From: Ginglymostoma cirratum
Taxonomy: Eukaryota
NCBI GenBank assembly: GCA_024137785.1
Contig: JAHRHZ010000085.1
Location: 1,709,651-1,773,650 of the forward strand
Direction of reading: 5' to 3'
DNA: 64,000 bases
Below the pieces are notes generated by a model that saw only the letters and a list, made by a program, of their open reading frames with translations, did no database searches and was not told the DNA's origin. Every line of letters begins with the position of its first letter. The first letter of the stretch is position 1. The translations under genes and the position numbers were made by a program. Positions 61,704-64,000 of the stretch are shown piece by piece.

Positions 61704-62904
61704 ATGGTTACAAACCGCAGCTTCTACATGCGAATACCCGACAGGAAGCACCTAGATTCCTCCGATGGAAGATCAACAGCTTTATCGGAAGGCGTGGTAA
61801 ACCGGTAATTTCAGCAGAAACTGACACATTGTTATACCTCACTTTTGCTAATACAGCTGTGAACAATTACATACTAGGTAGAATGAAACCAAGCTCTCAT
61901 TCAGTCCTGTTCCTTGTCAAACAAGCTTTCATTTCATTGTGATAACCCATCATCCTGATTTTGTAGCTTGGTAATTGAAATAGTTCTTTGTCTCCTCTTC
62001 AGCCAATCTTTTACATGGCAATGCTCTCCAAGATGTTGGCCCCCATTGTATCTTTGCTTCTTATCCTGGCTGCAGCCCATTCCTGCCCATTATCTCATCC
62101 CGTGCAGACTCCGTCCCTAACGTATACTCAAAGATAAGTCCAATATCAAGAGTTTTTTTTTAGTGCGAAGTCCCCAAAAGGGGCTGTCTCTTCAAAGCTG
62201 ATGATAAACTAGGTCTTGTAACTCCTGACGTCAAGAAAGGGAAAAGTCAAACAAGAAGGCTGTGCTTTCGGGAGAAAGCGAGAGGTGAGGCGATACCTGG
62301 TCACAACATCTACAGCTTGCATGTTAGAACAGACTGTGGGCTGAAGATGAAGTAGCTTGTCATAAAGAGAATCTTGTATGAGTTACGATAATCTTCCAAT
62401 GCTTTACTTTCACTGGAGTCCGCAGCTTCAACAAGAACTGTTCTGATAGAGATCAGTGTTGCCTGCTCCACAAGCTTTAGAATATCATTCTCTCTCAAGT
62501 TAGTTTCTTTTCCCTTTGGTTCACCTTCTCATTTAACACATAATGAGTCAGTAAATGTATTTCAATATGCTTAGGCGATATAATTGGTCATATCTTAACA
62601 GTTCTGTGTGTAAACTGTGCAATGTGTGTTTGTGTTTTTCAATAATCTTAAATGTGTGAGGTCCTGGTTGATGGATACGTCTGGTATGTGAGCAATGTGG
62701 GAATGCTAACAGTTGTGAAATTTAATTTTGCAGCTGGTAGGATTTGAATTCTGACATTGGATATGCTGACATTAACAACTTGTCCAAAGATACTAAACTT
62801 CTTGCTGCACTGAGGATGCAGGAATCTCCACTTCTCACCTTCTGTTCCAAGAAATCCAGTGCACGATTAGAAGTTATGAGTGCCCACTCTGTTTTTTGTT
62901 AAGA

Positions 62905-63200
62905 ATGCCTACAGTGTGGAAACTGGTCCTTTGAACCAATGGCCAAACAAGTCCACACTGACCCTCAGAGCATCTCACCCAGACCCATCCCCCTAATCTA
63001 CACTATGGGCAATTTAGCATGGCCAATCCACCTAGCCTGCACATATTTGGGCTGTGGGAGGAAACTGGAGCACCCAGAGGAAACCCATGAAGGCACAGGG
63101 AGAACATGCAAACTCCACACAGATGGTCACCTGAGGGTGGAATTGAACCTTGGTCCCTGGTGCTGCTGGGCAGCTGGGCTAACCACTGAATCACGATGCT
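62905..63200 (-). mobile_element. HE1-type V-SINE
   Basis: Revcomp matches the HE1 head and V-domain. Highly similar to 3423-3729. Confidence 0.88.
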
Positions 63201-63789
63201 GCTGCTTCACTTTTAGCCATTCTTCAAGGTCAGAGTCAACTACCACAGTATTCCCTGAACCTGCATTAGAATCATTAAATCTTTCCTTAGAATCACAAGT
63301 GGATTTTGCCACTTTCACCCATCCTGCTAACACCTGCACTCATGAAACAACATGGTGATCATTTAGAAATTTTATAAATCAGCGTGCATGTGAATTGGTA
63401 AACTGCCTGAATTAGTTCGAGTGAGTGTAGGTTAATTGTACACCACAATTCCATATCTTTACTCATGACAATCAATCCAAACTCTACAGAGTCTAAGGCA
63501 GGGAGTACAAATTAGAATTTCTCATTCAATGTAAAATTAGTTTGGAAAGTAAGATAAAAGTAAATATGGGGTATAAGACTGAAAGAAGATAACAACAGAA
63601 AACATGTGTTTACTCCCTTCAATAATAACATTCTGGACCACTGGTGTCTGCAACTGTGTGATCAATCTCCCAGCTATGAGCATGTAGACCATGGACTTTT
63701 GCATACCATGGCAGAGATGAAGGCAAAGAGGAGAGAGCCTTAAAATACTCAGTGGAACTTAAAATACATAAATGATTCCAAAATATGCC

Positions 63790-64000
63790 ATCTTACTGGT
63801 GCTCAGACATTTGTTATTTGTTATTTACGTAAATGATCTGAATGTGTAAGGCATGATTAGTAAGTTTGTAGATCAAACAAAATTAGGATGCATCATTGAT
63901 AGTGAAGAACATTATCAAAAATTACAGAGAGATCTTGATCAGAGGGGGAAGTGGGCTGAGGATTGGCAAATGCAATTCAATACAGATAAGTGTAAGGTGT
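63790..64000 (+). mobile_element. CR1 RT fragment running off the window
   Basis: LFVIYVNDL..ISKFVD..KLQRDLDQ..WAEDWQMQFNTDKCKV. Confidence 0.8.

Noticed and set aside
62310-62498. Minus ORF ending SVLTCKL, considered as another Ig exon
   Set aside because: Lacks the Trp and second Cys spacing of Ig domains and convincing splice sites.
1-64000. CRISPR arrays, rRNA genes or prokaryotic operons
   Set aside because: None seen. The window is intron-containing, retroelement-rich vertebrate DNA.

Overview
Repeat-rich (well over half of the window) vertebrate genomic DNA, almost certainly from a shark or ray: it carries HE1/V-SINEs, HER1/CR1 LINEs and several Penelope families. Host genes are all on the minus strand. 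(1) A cluster of two-exon orphan class A GPCRs of the GPR139/GPR142-like family: two intact paralogues (exons 16801-16717 + 13128-12236, 325 aa; exons 35759-35675 + 31678-30777, 328 aa) from a direct segmental duplication, and a decayed third copy (22356-23200) fused to one arm of an inverted duplication. (2) An immunoglobulin-superfamily locus at 54-61 kb: two leader + germline-joined VJ-type exon units (both carrying lesions), then one intact C1-set exon and a transmembrane exon, i.e. a non-rearranging antigen-receptor-like (NKp30/SIRP-like) layout. The Penelope termini carry minimal hammerhead ribozyme motifs of at least four sequence families. Three copies have intact cores. The motif also sits in short, TSD-flanked, non-coding hairpin insertions. 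Other features: a near full-length Penelope, nested CR1/LINE stacks, a Tx1/L1-like fragment, a Rex1/Babar tail, a tRNA-Lys pseudogene and a probable solo LTR. Mobile-element boundaries were read by eye and are approximate. Exon boundaries were checked for GT-AG and phase.
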